This document shows, piece after piece, positions 43,056 to 52,691 of a stretch of DNA of 55,879 nucleotides (its first letter is position 1; each line of letters begins with the position of its first letter). Location: assembly GCA_963968885.1 (NCBI GenBank), contig CAXAGT010000004.1, forward strand, positions 1-55,879. The letters run 5' to 3'. The stretch comes from an uncultured Candidatus Poseidoniales archaeon. GTDB taxonomy: Archaea > Thermoplasmatota > Poseidoniia > Poseidoniales > Poseidoniaceae. A program made the translations under genes and the position numbers. The notes below the pieces were generated by a model, which saw nothing but the letters and a program-made list of their open reading frames with translations, was not told the origin of the DNA and did not search any database.

Positions 43056-46000
43056 TCAATTCTCGTCACCGAGTACTGAAATCAATGAGGATTGCTCTTC
43101 GATTCTAGATTTGACTTCAGCTCTTCTTGAGCTTCCAACCATGAATGCAACGGCGGTTAGTGCTATGGTGAGCAAGATTACCAATCCTGGTAATGCTGCT
43201 GCCCCTACAACGACGCTTGCTTGGTCTAGAACAGGATTATTCGATGATAGATCTTGGTCCACAGCAATTATGTTGTCACCTTCGCTAGTTTCGACAATTT
43301 CGTTACTAGGATCAACGATGACGAAAACACCGTGTTTACCAGCACTTACTGGGTAAAGAAGGTATATTTCTACAACTTTCTCCTCTTCAGCATCTGTTGG
43401 CTCAAGAATTGCTCCAACAACTTGTCTCATAACAACATCTTCTTCTGCACAACCTTCCTTCTTTAGGTCAGCTAATGTACCTGACTTGCTGTTCCTTGCT
43501 TCACAAAGTATAACTTCGATGTCTGTAGCATGAGTGTTACCGTCATTTGCGATGACCACTTGAATCGGTATAGTTTCATCCACGGCTGCAGAATTCTCTA
43601 CTACTGTTGCTCCTTTAACAACCAAGTTAGGGGCTCTCAGTCTTAGTGTCACTATCAACTCATTTGTATCTAGTGAATCTCCTTCCCAAGCAGGTGAATC
43701 ATCGAAATCACCCTCATCTTCCATGTTACCAAACTCAGATACTACTTTCAGTCCTATGTCTGTGGTGATTAGAGGGGTGTTTGGAGCAACAGTTACGATT
43801 GCAACCATTTCAATGGTTTCATATGCGTCCATTCTTGGTAATTGGTATCTGCCATCTGGGAAGACTACACAGGTCTCCTCAGGGAATATTGTTTCATCCG
43901 CTTCTACCTCTGTACAAGGGGCTTCTTGAGTTATCTCAGTATTGAGGGCAACTAACTGCCTCCATTCAACACTTGATCCAGAAAGCGCTCCCATTCCAGG
44001 AGTTTCACTCATGAAGTCATCATCACCAATTTCTTGTGTGGTGTGATTATTCAATGATGGAGTGTCTGGTACGTTACCATTGTTGGTAATATTCACAGTG
44101 AACTTGACATTTCTTCCAGGAGATGTTGTCTTGATAGCATTGTCTACGTTTGAATCCATGATTATTTGCATATCATGGAATTCATTGACCTGTACATTGA
44201 ATATCATCTGATCTCTTAGTCTTGTATCTCTTCCGGATGAGTCTGGATACGCCTCTTCAGAGAATGCTTGGAAAACTACAGTGTATTCTCCTGCTTCAAC
44301 TCTGTCTGGTATTTGCATTTCCACATCAAATTCTTGGAAAGTATCTCTGCTCAGTTCAGTTAAGACGTCTCTAGGAACATCTATTTCCCATAATACATCT
44401 ACTCCATCTGCATCAGTTACTCTGGCTAATCTGAAATCGTATCTGTCTGGACCATTTCCATCATTGACGACAGTAATTGGTAGAATGATATTTTCTCCTG
44501 GATTCACACTCAAATCTGTTCCAATCTCTGGATCAATGCCAGCGTTTAGTGAATAGACATGGATTACATTTGTTGATAAAATCACAGAGTCCGAAATTCT
44601 TGGATATCCTTCTAGGTGAGCCTTCAAAGTTACAGCGGGTCCCAATCCGGAACTTGCATTAGTTGGCGCACAAACTTCCACCCTGACTTCATATGCAACA
44701 TCATCAGCTCCTCCGGGTAACTCCCATAATCTTGGTTCACTCAATGGCAGAGAGTTGCCGCCAGGTGCGTCAGAGAAATCAACATCGACAGTCCAGTGTT
44801 CCTGCCTCCATGTGCTCATTTCCATGCCATCAGGCTTAGCCTCTGGAGCGCCTGGTGTTGTAAATACTAAGTTTCCAGAATCGAAGTTCTTTGTAACTTC
44901 AATCGGATAAGTTGCACAATCACCCGGCAAGACATATTCGTTGGTGTCAAATATTTCGAAAACAATGTTCCCAGTCGATCTAATCGACACGAAAACCTGT
45001 AATTCCAAGATGTCGTATGTACCTTGTTGTACAGATTTAACCGGCTCTCCTTCGGACCATCCCTTCAGGTATATCACGAACAATCCCGGATCTTCAGTAG
45101 TTGGGACGCTTACTTCCAGATTCTTGGTAATGGACTGTCCCGGGTCAAGTGAAACTGAAGTTGGGAAGTTTACTTGCCAACCGAATGGAAGAACCCATTC
45201 AGTTTGTCCTTCAAGGGTATTCGGGTCCCAGAATATGAAACTATCATACACGTTACCGGTGTTTGTAATCGTAATTGAGAATATAGCAGACTGTCCTTGT
45301 TCAATATCTGCCATGCTGTGGGAGGTATCAAGATTGATTCCGTGAACAACATCCATCTTTGTCAAGGTGGTCAATACAGATTGTATGGCAGGATCGCTAG
45401 TTGATTTTGCCTCTACTTCAATCTGTGCAAACTCATCGCCGTTTGCCTGATAAATCGACGGAGCTCTTACTCTCATGTAGACTCTAATGTCTTCTCCTCC
45501 CATCAAGAAAATATCCGTATCTGGGAAGATAGCTGTGTGGTTATTTGCAAAGAATAGAGTCGCAGTCCAGTTTTGTGGAACTCCTGATGAAATGTTGAGG
45601 TTGTATGTGTCAGCAACAAGATCAGTTGGCCCTGGAGTAGAGTTGTTGACGGTTAAATTGTACAACGTCTGCTCGCCAGGTTCAATAACGTGATAGTAAG
45701 TTTCTCCATCATCAAATTCAACGTCTACTTGTCCCGTTAAGATGTGGGAATAACATATAGTGAACCTGTTATTGTTTGGATTTTCATCACACAAGTTGGT
45801 GTCAGACCATCCCACGTGGGCTCCACTACCCAAATCGTTGGCGAATGCAGGCGGCATTCCAATAGACGGTTGTCTTCCATTGTCCGGTCCAAGTTTGTTA
45901 GAGTTCCATGATGTAACCGTGTATGTTTCCCATGGGTCTAGTGCAGTTTCGCCAGGTCCAGTATTGGTGGTGGAGTTTAATCTGGTGTAAACAATTTCTT

Positions 46001-48059
46001 CACTAGCAGAAAGGTTTCCGGAGTCAACCCATGCAACGTGGATATTGTTTTGATTATCTGTAAGCAATGCTGGGAATACTGAATTTCCTCCATATGGCGA
46101 GTTTGAAGGCAGACCGCTATTTCCTTCTACGTTGGAAAGAGGAGTATCTTCAATTTGCTTGATTGCGTAAGTGGATAGCCCTTCATCTGCGCCATCCCAA
46201 GCACCTGCTCCTTGCATTCTTAGCTTGGTGTAGTAAACTTCGTAGTTAACGTCCTTTTCGAATCCATAATCACGCCCGTCCATCCAAGCGATGTGTGTAT
46301 TTCCTTGGTTATCAACACCGATAGATGGGTGGAAGGAATATGCATCGTCTATGGTTACGCGAGTATCGTTTACAACGACTAGGTGACCATCAGCTGCAGC
46401 ACCAGTGTCTTCTGAATAAGTTCCTCCAGATGAATCGTGTCCAGGGTTTCCTGGGGTCCATGTTGGGTCATTGTTCATCTTAGCATATGGGTCGAGAATT
46501 GTGGTGTAAATTTCACGAGAATTGTTTGTAGAGATGTAAACCATTGCTTCTACAAGTAGGTTCATGTTGTTTGAAGTGCCGGATGGGAATTCGTAGACTT
46601 GACCACCAGCGTCAGTGTTTCTAATAGTAGATCCAGGGCAATTCCTAGATGATTGTGAAACTACTCCGTTCGGGCATTGAGCTAAGTCCATGAAGTGAGA
46701 TTCAACTGTGTTTGCTCCACCGTATGTTTGTCCATACATTCCTACTGGAACAACACCTGCTCTCACACAAGAATCGTGCGCTTCTTCGATTGAGGCAGTG
46801 TCATCAGCACCGGTTGCAGGGTCTCCGTCCTTTGGTCCTTCGTCAGAAATTGGTAGAACGATTTTTGTTGCGTTAGGGTTCCACTTGTGGTCAGCGCTGG
46901 TTGGAGGGTTGCCTGGGACATTTCCTGAAGCATCTTTCCATGATAGACATGCCCAGTTTGTTCCAGGACCCCAGTTCTCAACGTGGTTGGAAGGGTTTCC
47001 GTTGTAAACTTCGTTTGGAAGCTTTCTTAGTCCACCAGAATCATCGCCAGGTGTTTGTCCCAACGGGTTGGTTCTAGGTCCAGAATTTTGGTTGTATGCA
47101 GCACAGTTTCCTTGACTTGCAGCGCCAGGTAATGCGTTTCCTAGACCGTAAATGGTCTCATAAACTGTCATGTTTGCTTCACTTAGCATAGGCTTGATAC
47201 CTTGGAAATAACCACCGCTAGCGAAGTTTCCACCGTAAATGACGGTGCATACATCTGCCCACTCAGAGTACATCGACCCAGAAGTATCTACGATGAATAC
47301 AAGCTCTACCTTGCCGCCTCTTGTATCGTCCCATGCAATTTGGACGTTGTCATTCGCATCAACAACGATGTCAGGGTGTCCCTTGTGACCGATAATAGGA
47401 GTCAACAATGTATCATCAAATAGTGTAATAACAGATGAGGAAGCGATGTCAGGTTGTAGCATTGAATAGTAAATTTGAGGTTGATTAAAGAATCTGTTCA
47501 AATCATCATAATTGTCTTGCCAAACTAAGTGCAAGTTGCCTTGACTGTCAACATCGATTGCCGGCCAGTCTCTGTTTTGTGCTCTTTGTGAGATCACAGT
47601 ATCATCGATTGCAGTTATTGTTCCATCTGTTGTGGCTAAACCATCAAGAGGTGCGTTGAATGGTGAGAGAGCGGTGTACATAATCTTGTGCTGTCCGGAT
47701 TTATCAGCCCAAACAATGTGAACTTTATCATTCTCGTCGATGACCATGTCTGGATGTGCAATTCTGTGCAAACCTGAATTGGTAATTTGAGTTGCATCAA
47801 TTAGAGTTTCACCCCTTGGTGACAGCATAGAGTAATACAGGTGCTGAGAGTTTCTTGACCAAGCTATGTGCACGTTTCCTTCAGAGTCGGAATGGACTGC
47901 TGCTTGCATATCAGAAGAAGTTCCGCCGTTTACAACTTGAACAGCTTCAGTAATTACAACCTGGCTTGCTTCAACGTTTTCAGTGTATACTGCCATCGCA
48001 GAAAAATAGGATAGCAGTAGAATCATTACTAGGGATACAGATTTGGTAGTTTGTCTCAT
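43056..48059 (-). CDS. giant surface protein: signal peptide, 7 propeller-like repeats interrupted by a vWA (MIDAS) domain, multiple CARDB/NEW3-like Ig-fold modules, C-terminal TM anchor
   Basis: 1667 aa with signal peptide MRQTTKSVSLVMILLLSYFSAMAVYTENVEA. The H[IV][AV]W.D repeat occurs 7 times, with the MIDAS motif VFIVDTSGS between copies 4 and 5. Blocks such as ITITNTGNVYDSF, ITVVNDGNGPDRYDF and VNITNNGNVPDTP follow. The TM helix is LPGLVILLTIALTAVAFMV. Confidence 0.85.
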   Translation of the reverse strand: MRQTTKSVSLVMILLLSYFSAMAVYTENVEASQVVITEAVQVVNGGTSSDMQAAVHSDSEGNVHIAWSRNSQHLYYSMLSPRGETLIDATQITNSGLHRIAHPDMVIDENDKVHIVWADKSGQHKIMYTALSPFNAPLDGLATTDGTITAIDDTVISQRAQNRDWPAIDVDSQGNLHLVWQDNYDDLNRFFNQPQIYYSMLQPDIASSSVITLFDDTLLTPIIGHKGHPDIVVDANDNVQIAWDDTRGGKVELVFIVDTSGSMYSEWADVCTVIYGGNFASGGYFQGIKPMLSEANMTVYETIYGLGNALPGAASQGNCAAYNQNSGPRTNPLGQTPGDDSGGLRKLPNEVYNGNPSNHVENWGPGTNWACLSWKDASGNVPGNPPTSADHKWNPNATKIVLPISDEGPKDGDPATGADDTASIEEAHDSCVRAGVVPVGMYGQTYGGANTVESHFMDLAQCPNGVVSQSSRNCPGSTIRNTDAGGQVYEFPSGTSNNMNLLVEAMVYISTNNSREIYTTILDPYAKMNNDPTWTPGNPGHDSSGGTYSEDTGAAADGHLVVVNDTRVTIDDAYSFHPSIGVDNQGNTHIAWMDGRDYGFEKDVNYEVYYTKLRMQGAGAWDGADEGLSTYAIKQIEDTPLSNVEGNSGLPSNSPYGGNSVFPALLTDNQNNIHVAWVDSGNLSASEEIVYTRLNSTTNTGPGETALDPWETYTVTSWNSNKLGPDNGRQPSIGMPPAFANDLGSGAHVGWSDTNLCDENPNNNRFTICYSHILTGQVDVEFDDGETYYHVIEPGEQTLYNLTVNNSTPGPTDLVADTYNLNISSGVPQNWTATLFFANNHTAIFPDTDIFLMGGEDIRVYMRVRAPSIYQANGDEFAQIEVEAKSTSDPAIQSVLTTLTKMDVVHGINLDTSHSMADIEQGQSAIFSITITNTGNVYDSFIFWDPNTLEGQTEWVLPFGWQVNFPTSVSLDPGQSITKNLEVSVPTTEDPGLFVIYLKGWSEGEPVKSVQQGTYDILELQVFVSIRSTGNIVFEIFDTNEYVLPGDCATYPIEVTKNFDSGNLVFTTPGAPEAKPDGMEMSTWRQEHWTVDVDFSDAPGGNSLPLSEPRLWELPGGADDVAYEVRVEVCAPTNASSGLGPAVTLKAHLEGYPRISDSVILSTNVIHVYSLNAGIDPEIGTDLSVNPGENIILPITVVNDGNGPDRYDFRLARVTDADGVDVLWEIDVPRDVLTELSRDTFQEFDVEMQIPDRVEAGEYTVVFQAFSEEAYPDSSGRDTRLRDQMIFNVQVNEFHDMQIIMDSNVDNAIKTTSPGRNVKFTVNITNNGNVPDTPSLNNHTTQEIGDDDFMSETPGMGALSGSSVEWRQLVALNTEITQEAPCTEVEADETIFPEETCVVFPDGRYQLPRMDAYETIEMVAIVTVAPNTPLITTDIGLKVVSEFGNMEDEGDFDDSPAWEGDSLDTNELIVTLRLRAPNLVVKGATVVENSAAVDETIPIQVVIANDGNTHATDIEVILCEARNSKSGTLADLKKEGCAEEDVVMRQVVGAILEPTDAEEEKVVEIYLLYPVSAGKHGVFVIVDPSNEIVETSEGDNIIAVDQDLSSNNPVLDQASVVVGAAALPGLVILLTIALTAVAFMVGSSRRAEVKSRIEEQSSLISVLGDEN

Positions 48060-48179
48060 GTCACGGACCTCCGGTAGTCTAACACCTCAAAGGCTCACCT
48101 CATCATACTTAACCGCGACCCCTTCGCGTCATTTTCTAATTGAGACTATTTTGTCAAAAAAACCCTCAATGTTAAGCGA

Positions 48180-48812
48180 TTAAGCCCATTCACTTGGATC
48201 GAAACTTGCTCCAAAAGACATCGTTTCATCAACCTCTATTTCATGAGTTTGAACTTCGTCTTTTTGTGAACTTTGTTTTGTTTGTATTTTTCGTGCTTTA
48301 TTCTCCCAATCATCAACAGGACCTGGCTTTCCTTTGCCTGGTCCGTATGAAAACTTGATTTCATGAATTAATGTTAACTTAGCAAGCCACAATTTCCTCA
48401 AAGAATGCATTAGCTGATTTTTGTTTAGTCCATCAAACCATATCGGCAGGCTGACGTTGAATGCTTGTAGAGATTCTTTCCCAGGCTTTTTGCCCATGTG
48501 TATCCCCCAATCAACTCCGCTTTTGATTAAGTTCAATCGCATTTCATGCATCCATTCTTTCCAATCTTCTATGGATTCTTTTATGTGAGTTTCCATTTCT
48601 TCTTGTTGTCCAATATCGACTCTAGTCATGGAGCTGATAGCTACCAAATCTCGTCCTTTGGGGACCACCACTGCGAACATGTGACCCTGTTTTCCTCCGG
48701 GGTACTTCACAAGAAAGTGTGCTTCTGCTCTTTGGTCAGGTTGCATCTTGTAACTTAGGCTCTCTTGTTTGAACCATTTCTTTAGCAAATCCACTGCGTC
48801 AATAGGTCCCAT
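48180..48812 (-). CDS. hypothetical protein (210 aa)
   Basis: Protein-like composition and no overlap conflicts. There is a weak resemblance to YbjN/DUF2299-like folds, which I cannot substantiate. Confidence 0.5.
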   Translation of the reverse strand: MGPIDAVDLLKKWFKQESLSYKMQPDQRAEAHFLVKYPGGKQGHMFAVVVPKGRDLVAISSMTRVDIGQQEEMETHIKESIEDWKEWMHEMRLNLIKSGVDWGIHMGKKPGKESLQAFNVSLPIWFDGLNKNQLMHSLRKLWLAKLTLIHEIKFSYGPGKGKPGPVDDWENKARKIQTKQSSQKDEVQTHEIEVDETMSFGASFDPSEWA

Positions 48813-48878
48813 TAGAAGAGTCCAATACTACAACCCCTTTGAACCAACCTAATCTATCACATCAAGTAAGAGAATTAT

Positions 48879-50492
48879 TCAGTAAGATGATAATTCATTT
48901 TTTATTCGCTTAGAAATTGATGATATGTCCTTGGAGTGTCTATTTCCACATCTAATTCTTCTTATTGCTCTAAAGAAGTCAACACAAATATCCCAGGACC
49001 TTATTGCCAACGAACAACTTATTCTAAATGAAATTATGAATATCGCAAATATTGGCAAAAAGGAGATATAAATTCCAAACCCTTGGCCGAGAAAATCATC
49101 TAAACCGAGCCATTCACCATTTAGGATAACCATCCCAGTCAGCAGAAAAGCCATTACGGGCCAAATGATGGTTGAGCCAAACAAAGCAGTCAATAGATGA
49201 AATGTAGTCCTAGCGTCTAATCCTTCATCTGTATTATTTCCAAGAACCTGTCCGAAGAATATTTGGATACCCATTGATAAAACAAACAACGGAGAGAATG
49301 CCAAAAATGAAAGTAACATCATAAAATTGAGAGGTATTTTACTAAAATTAATTCCTGCTAATTTCTCACCTGAATCATCTAAGTCCCTTCCATTGAGTCT
49401 GTGGCTGGATAATATAGATTCCAACTCTGTCGCAGTTTCAACTAAGGGGCATTCCATTTTACTTGGTCTTGCTCCAGGTTCTCGACTAGAATAATCCCAC
49501 TGTTCCTTTTCCCTTAGAAACTCTCTAACTGAACGAGTATTCCTAACTTCATGGTCCCATTGATTGTATGGATTCCCCTCCTTTCTTGCTTTATAATGTC
49601 CGATTAAGTTAGCAACACTGTGTTCATGATGTGATTCAAAATCTGGCGTCAATGGACGAAGTACTTCGTGCAATTTATCTCTAAGTTCAACCACGTTTTC
49701 CCTATTGGGTTCTACCCAGTCATTTTGTGATACGGCTTGGACCAAGTCGTCTGGTATGTCTTCTTGCATTATTTCGATAGGTTCTCCAAATTCAACATAA
49801 GCATCTGTCCTGAAAATATGTCTCTTTCTGAAATGGAGCCCACATGGGATGACAACGGGTATTTCTCTTCCTTGACTTTTTGCTAGTGCTGATGCAGCCA
49901 GTACAGTTCTCATTGGGCCAGTTCTATATCTCATCATCCAAGCATCTGAGTGAGAAGTCCCTTCAGGAAATAATACAACAGAGTGTCCAGATGCGATTCC
50001 TTGAGCTAATTTTAGTAAAGACCTGCCATTCAAGTAGTCAGCTTCTTCTTTCGTGCATCCTCCTCTAAGGAGTTCAGCTTTTCTCAAAACCGGTTGAAAA
50101 GCCATTCTTTTAGTCCAAAATCTAAGAACAGGTCTTGTAACTAAATCATGTCTACCCGCTAAAACAAAGTAATGTGGATGTGAAACATAGATGCACATAG
50201 GATCTACAAGACCATTGGTGTGCCACGCACAAACCATATTTCCCTTTTCAAGGGGAATATTTTCAAGTCCAGACACATAATCCTCTCTGAATAAGCCGTA
50301 TCTTACTTGCTTCAGCAGGAACATCCCAAACTTAGTCCAAAACGGAGAACCAGGTGTTTCCTTAGAGAAATCTGGGAGAGGGGCGTCAAGCAATTTTTGA
50401 ATTTTCACATTTGATGAGGATTTTGATAAAATGGGTAATAAATCACCATTATGATCCACAGCCCCATCTTCTAAGGTTTCGATCTTTGACAA
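48879..50492 (-). CDS. PlsC-superfamily glycerolipid acyltransferase domain fused to a C-terminal multi-TM region
   Basis: Contains an H-x(n)-D block CAWHTNGLVDP and the FPEGT block VVLFPEGTSH. About four TM helices lie in the last 150 aa. TTG start, with a GGAGG box inside the upstream HIT gene's 3' end. Confidence 0.7.
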   Translation of the reverse strand: MSKIETLEDGAVDHNGDLLPILSKSSSNVKIQKLLDAPLPDFSKETPGSPFWTKFGMFLLKQVRYGLFREDYVSGLENIPLEKGNMVCAWHTNGLVDPMCIYVSHPHYFVLAGRHDLVTRPVLRFWTKRMAFQPVLRKAELLRGGCTKEEADYLNGRSLLKLAQGIASGHSVVLFPEGTSHSDAWMMRYRTGPMRTVLAASALAKSQGREIPVVIPCGLHFRKRHIFRTDAYVEFGEPIEIMQEDIPDDLVQAVSQNDWVEPNRENVVELRDKLHEVLRPLTPDFESHHEHSVANLIGHYKARKEGNPYNQWDHEVRNTRSVREFLREKEQWDYSSREPGARPSKMECPLVETATELESILSSHRLNGRDLDDSGEKLAGINFSKIPLNFMMLLSFLAFSPLFVLSMGIQIFFGQVLGNNTDEGLDARTTFHLLTALFGSTIIWPVMAFLLTGMVILNGEWLGLDDFLGQGFGIYISFLPIFAIFIISFRISCSLAIRSWDICVDFFRAIRRIRCGNRHSKDISSISKRIKNELSSY

Positions 50493-50494
50493 AA

Positions 50495-50926
50495 TTAAAC
50501 CTCCATCAATTTCGAACTTAATCTTGACAATGAAGAGTTATCAGGATTCAGACCTGTGGGTGAATCAGGCCACATTGCCATCAGAGTTCTTCCACCATCG
50601 CCAACATTTCTTGGAATAACATGAAAATGCACATGAGGTACTTCTTGCCCTGCTAACCTCCCATCATGCAATACTACAGAAAAATCCGATGTTTCGAAAA
50701 TAGCAGCCAACTTCCTTTGCGTCTCTTGAACTCCTTCAATTAAGCAACAAGCCTCTCTTGTTGAGAGTCTGGCTAAGTGTGAAACTCCCTTGTTTGGTAC
50801 GACTAAGGTATGTCCTGGTCTTCTTGGATTGATGTCAAGAAAGGCATACCAACCATCTCCTCTGCCAACGCTATGCGAGGGGATTTCACCCGAGACTATT
50901 TTCTCGAACAAAGTTTCATCTGCCAT
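50495..50926 (-). CDS. HIT-family (Hint-like) nucleotide hydrolase
   Basis: Contains the histidine triad HVHFHVIPR and GHTLVVPNK. Confidence 0.9.
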   Translation of the reverse strand: MADETLFEKIVSGEIPSHSVGRGDGWYAFLDINPRRPGHTLVVPNKGVSHLARLSTREACCLIEGVQETQRKLAAIFETSDFSVVLHDGRLAGQEVPHVHFHVIPRNVGDGGRTLMAMWPDSPTGLNPDNSSLSRLSSKLMEV

Positions 50927-50963
50927 GATTGATGTATTCTGGATTTATTTTCAAATCTGCCTA

Positions 50964-52589
50964 TCAAGCAGGAGGCAAAACCCAGTTTCCAGAACTACCT
51001 TTCCGGATTGCTAATTTGTCAGTATTGGAGTTTTGGTCAGCTAAACTATGATGCATGAGATCTTCATTGGTTTCAGGGAAGTCAACTCTTCTGAATGTAC
51101 CTCGAGATTCCTCTCTGCTTTTTGCTGAAGCGATAACAATAGTTGCTAGTTTAACCGCAGTCTTCAGTTGTTGGTTTACTAAGAAGTTTGTATTAAGAAC
51201 GAATGACTTGTTGTCTAAATGAAGTTGTGATGCTTTCTCGTTCAAAGCCTCCAAGTCATTTTTAGCCGAATCTAAAGATGCAGCAGACCAACCAGAATCA
51301 ATGACTGCACTCATAATAGAATTTAATTTCGAAGAAATGACTCCTGAGCGGATTACTAGTCCTTCTGAATCCTCAACTTGAGTTTTCAAACTCTCTTCTG
51401 CGTTTTTGAAAGCTTCATTCATGCTAGATGCCGCACCAAAGCCTTGTCCTTTAATCCAATCCGATGCTGATTTTCCAGCCGAGAATCCGCTAACTACTGA
51501 ATCAAGGAATGAATTCCCGGGTAGGGCAGAGGCGCCGTGGAGACCTGTATTTGCTGCTTGACCTGCTGCATACAACCCCGTGAACCAGCGAGACCACTTG
51601 CCAACAACGGCTCTAGACTGCTCATCTACTGCTATTCCACCAATACTCATGTTTATTCTGTTTTCAATAGCGATGGTTTGTTTTGTTAAATCGACACCAC
51701 ATCTTGATTTGATTCTTTCAAATTCTGTAGTCCACCAAACAGATTCAGAACCAAGATTTCTTGCATCTAGTACCGGGTTTTTTGCGTTTGAAATGGCATC
51801 GCAAAGCGCTCTTATGCCTCCATTTGTATCATACTCTAGGCTCGTACCGTCAGCTTCTAAAATTTCAGCACCATCTGCAAGGATGGTTGTTGGAAGAATC
51901 AGATTAGTGTCTTTAATTCCGAGTGGCGTGGAGGCAAAAAATTCCATGTCGCACAAGGGTATACCGACATCCGTCACAAGACCTAACCCGAGACCGACAG
52001 CTCCATCTGAGAAAATGTTCTGAGCGCCCTGGTCAGCGATTATTAGTGCCTTACATTGGATTGAAATTAAGTTTCCAGTACTCATATCCATGACGATTAT
52101 TCCGTTCACTCTTTGTTCATCATGGACAAGTGAAATTGGCACTTGGTCTCCTCTTCTAACAACTCCATGGCGCATGACTTGCTCCTCAAAAATTAGTTGG
52201 GATTCTCTTTCGTTGGCATCACCAGCACCGCTTACTCTTGGCTTATTGTGTCCTGGTAATTTTACGCTTGCAGGAATTCCTTTTTGATCTCTCTTCCAGG
52301 TAAAACCCCACCTTTCCATCAAATCAAGTTGTCTGATTGCTTGATTTGTGTAGTGAACCACAATATCTTGGTTGTTAAGAAAAGCCCCATTACGAATAGT
52401 ATCGTTCCTATGGTCTCTACTGGTCTCTTCATTTACGTGCGCAGCAAATCCATCTAGAGCTGATGAATCACCAGAACCTAGACCACTAGAATTGATTAAC
52501 AGAACGTTTGCTCCGTTGCTTGCAGCTTCGCTGGCTGCTCTGAGGCCTGCAATACTATCGCCAATGACTATGATGTCCCAAGCTTCCAT
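50964..52589 (-). CDS. FAD flavoprotein of the succinate dehydrogenase/fumarate reductase/L-aspartate oxidase family (divergent active site)
   Basis: FAD fold DIIVIGDSIAGLRAASEA, collinear blocks MEFFASTPLG, GLYAAGQAANTGLHGASALPGNSFLD and the C-terminal SREESRGTFRRVDFP. Confidence 0.8.
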   Translation of the reverse strand: MEAWDIIVIGDSIAGLRAASEAASNGANVLLINSSGLGSGDSSALDGFAAHVNEETSRDHRNDTIRNGAFLNNQDIVVHYTNQAIRQLDLMERWGFTWKRDQKGIPASVKLPGHNKPRVSGAGDANERESQLIFEEQVMRHGVVRRGDQVPISLVHDEQRVNGIIVMDMSTGNLISIQCKALIIADQGAQNIFSDGAVGLGLGLVTDVGIPLCDMEFFASTPLGIKDTNLILPTTILADGAEILEADGTSLEYDTNGGIRALCDAISNAKNPVLDARNLGSESVWWTTEFERIKSRCGVDLTKQTIAIENRINMSIGGIAVDEQSRAVVGKWSRWFTGLYAAGQAANTGLHGASALPGNSFLDSVVSGFSAGKSASDWIKGQGFGAASSMNEAFKNAEESLKTQVEDSEGLVIRSGVISSKLNSIMSAVIDSGWSAASLDSAKNDLEALNEKASQLHLDNKSFVLNTNFLVNQQLKTAVKLATIVIASAKSREESRGTFRRVDFPETNEDLMHHSLADQNSNTDKLAIRKGSSGNWVLPPA

Positions 52590-52691
52590 GATACTATCTC
52601 CGCAAACATAGCGAAGAGTAATCCCTCAATAAGATGCGCGCTCTAGCCACCTCTGAGGTGTTTAGTTAATTGTGCCCTGTAACGGGCAAAT

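Noticed and set aside
43056-48059. The giant surface protein as a diversity-generating-retroelement target or part of a secretion/adhesion operon
   Set aside because: There is no reverse transcriptase, template repeat or dedicated secretion gene nearby. The flanking genes are a DEAD-box helicase and an unrelated 210-aa protein.
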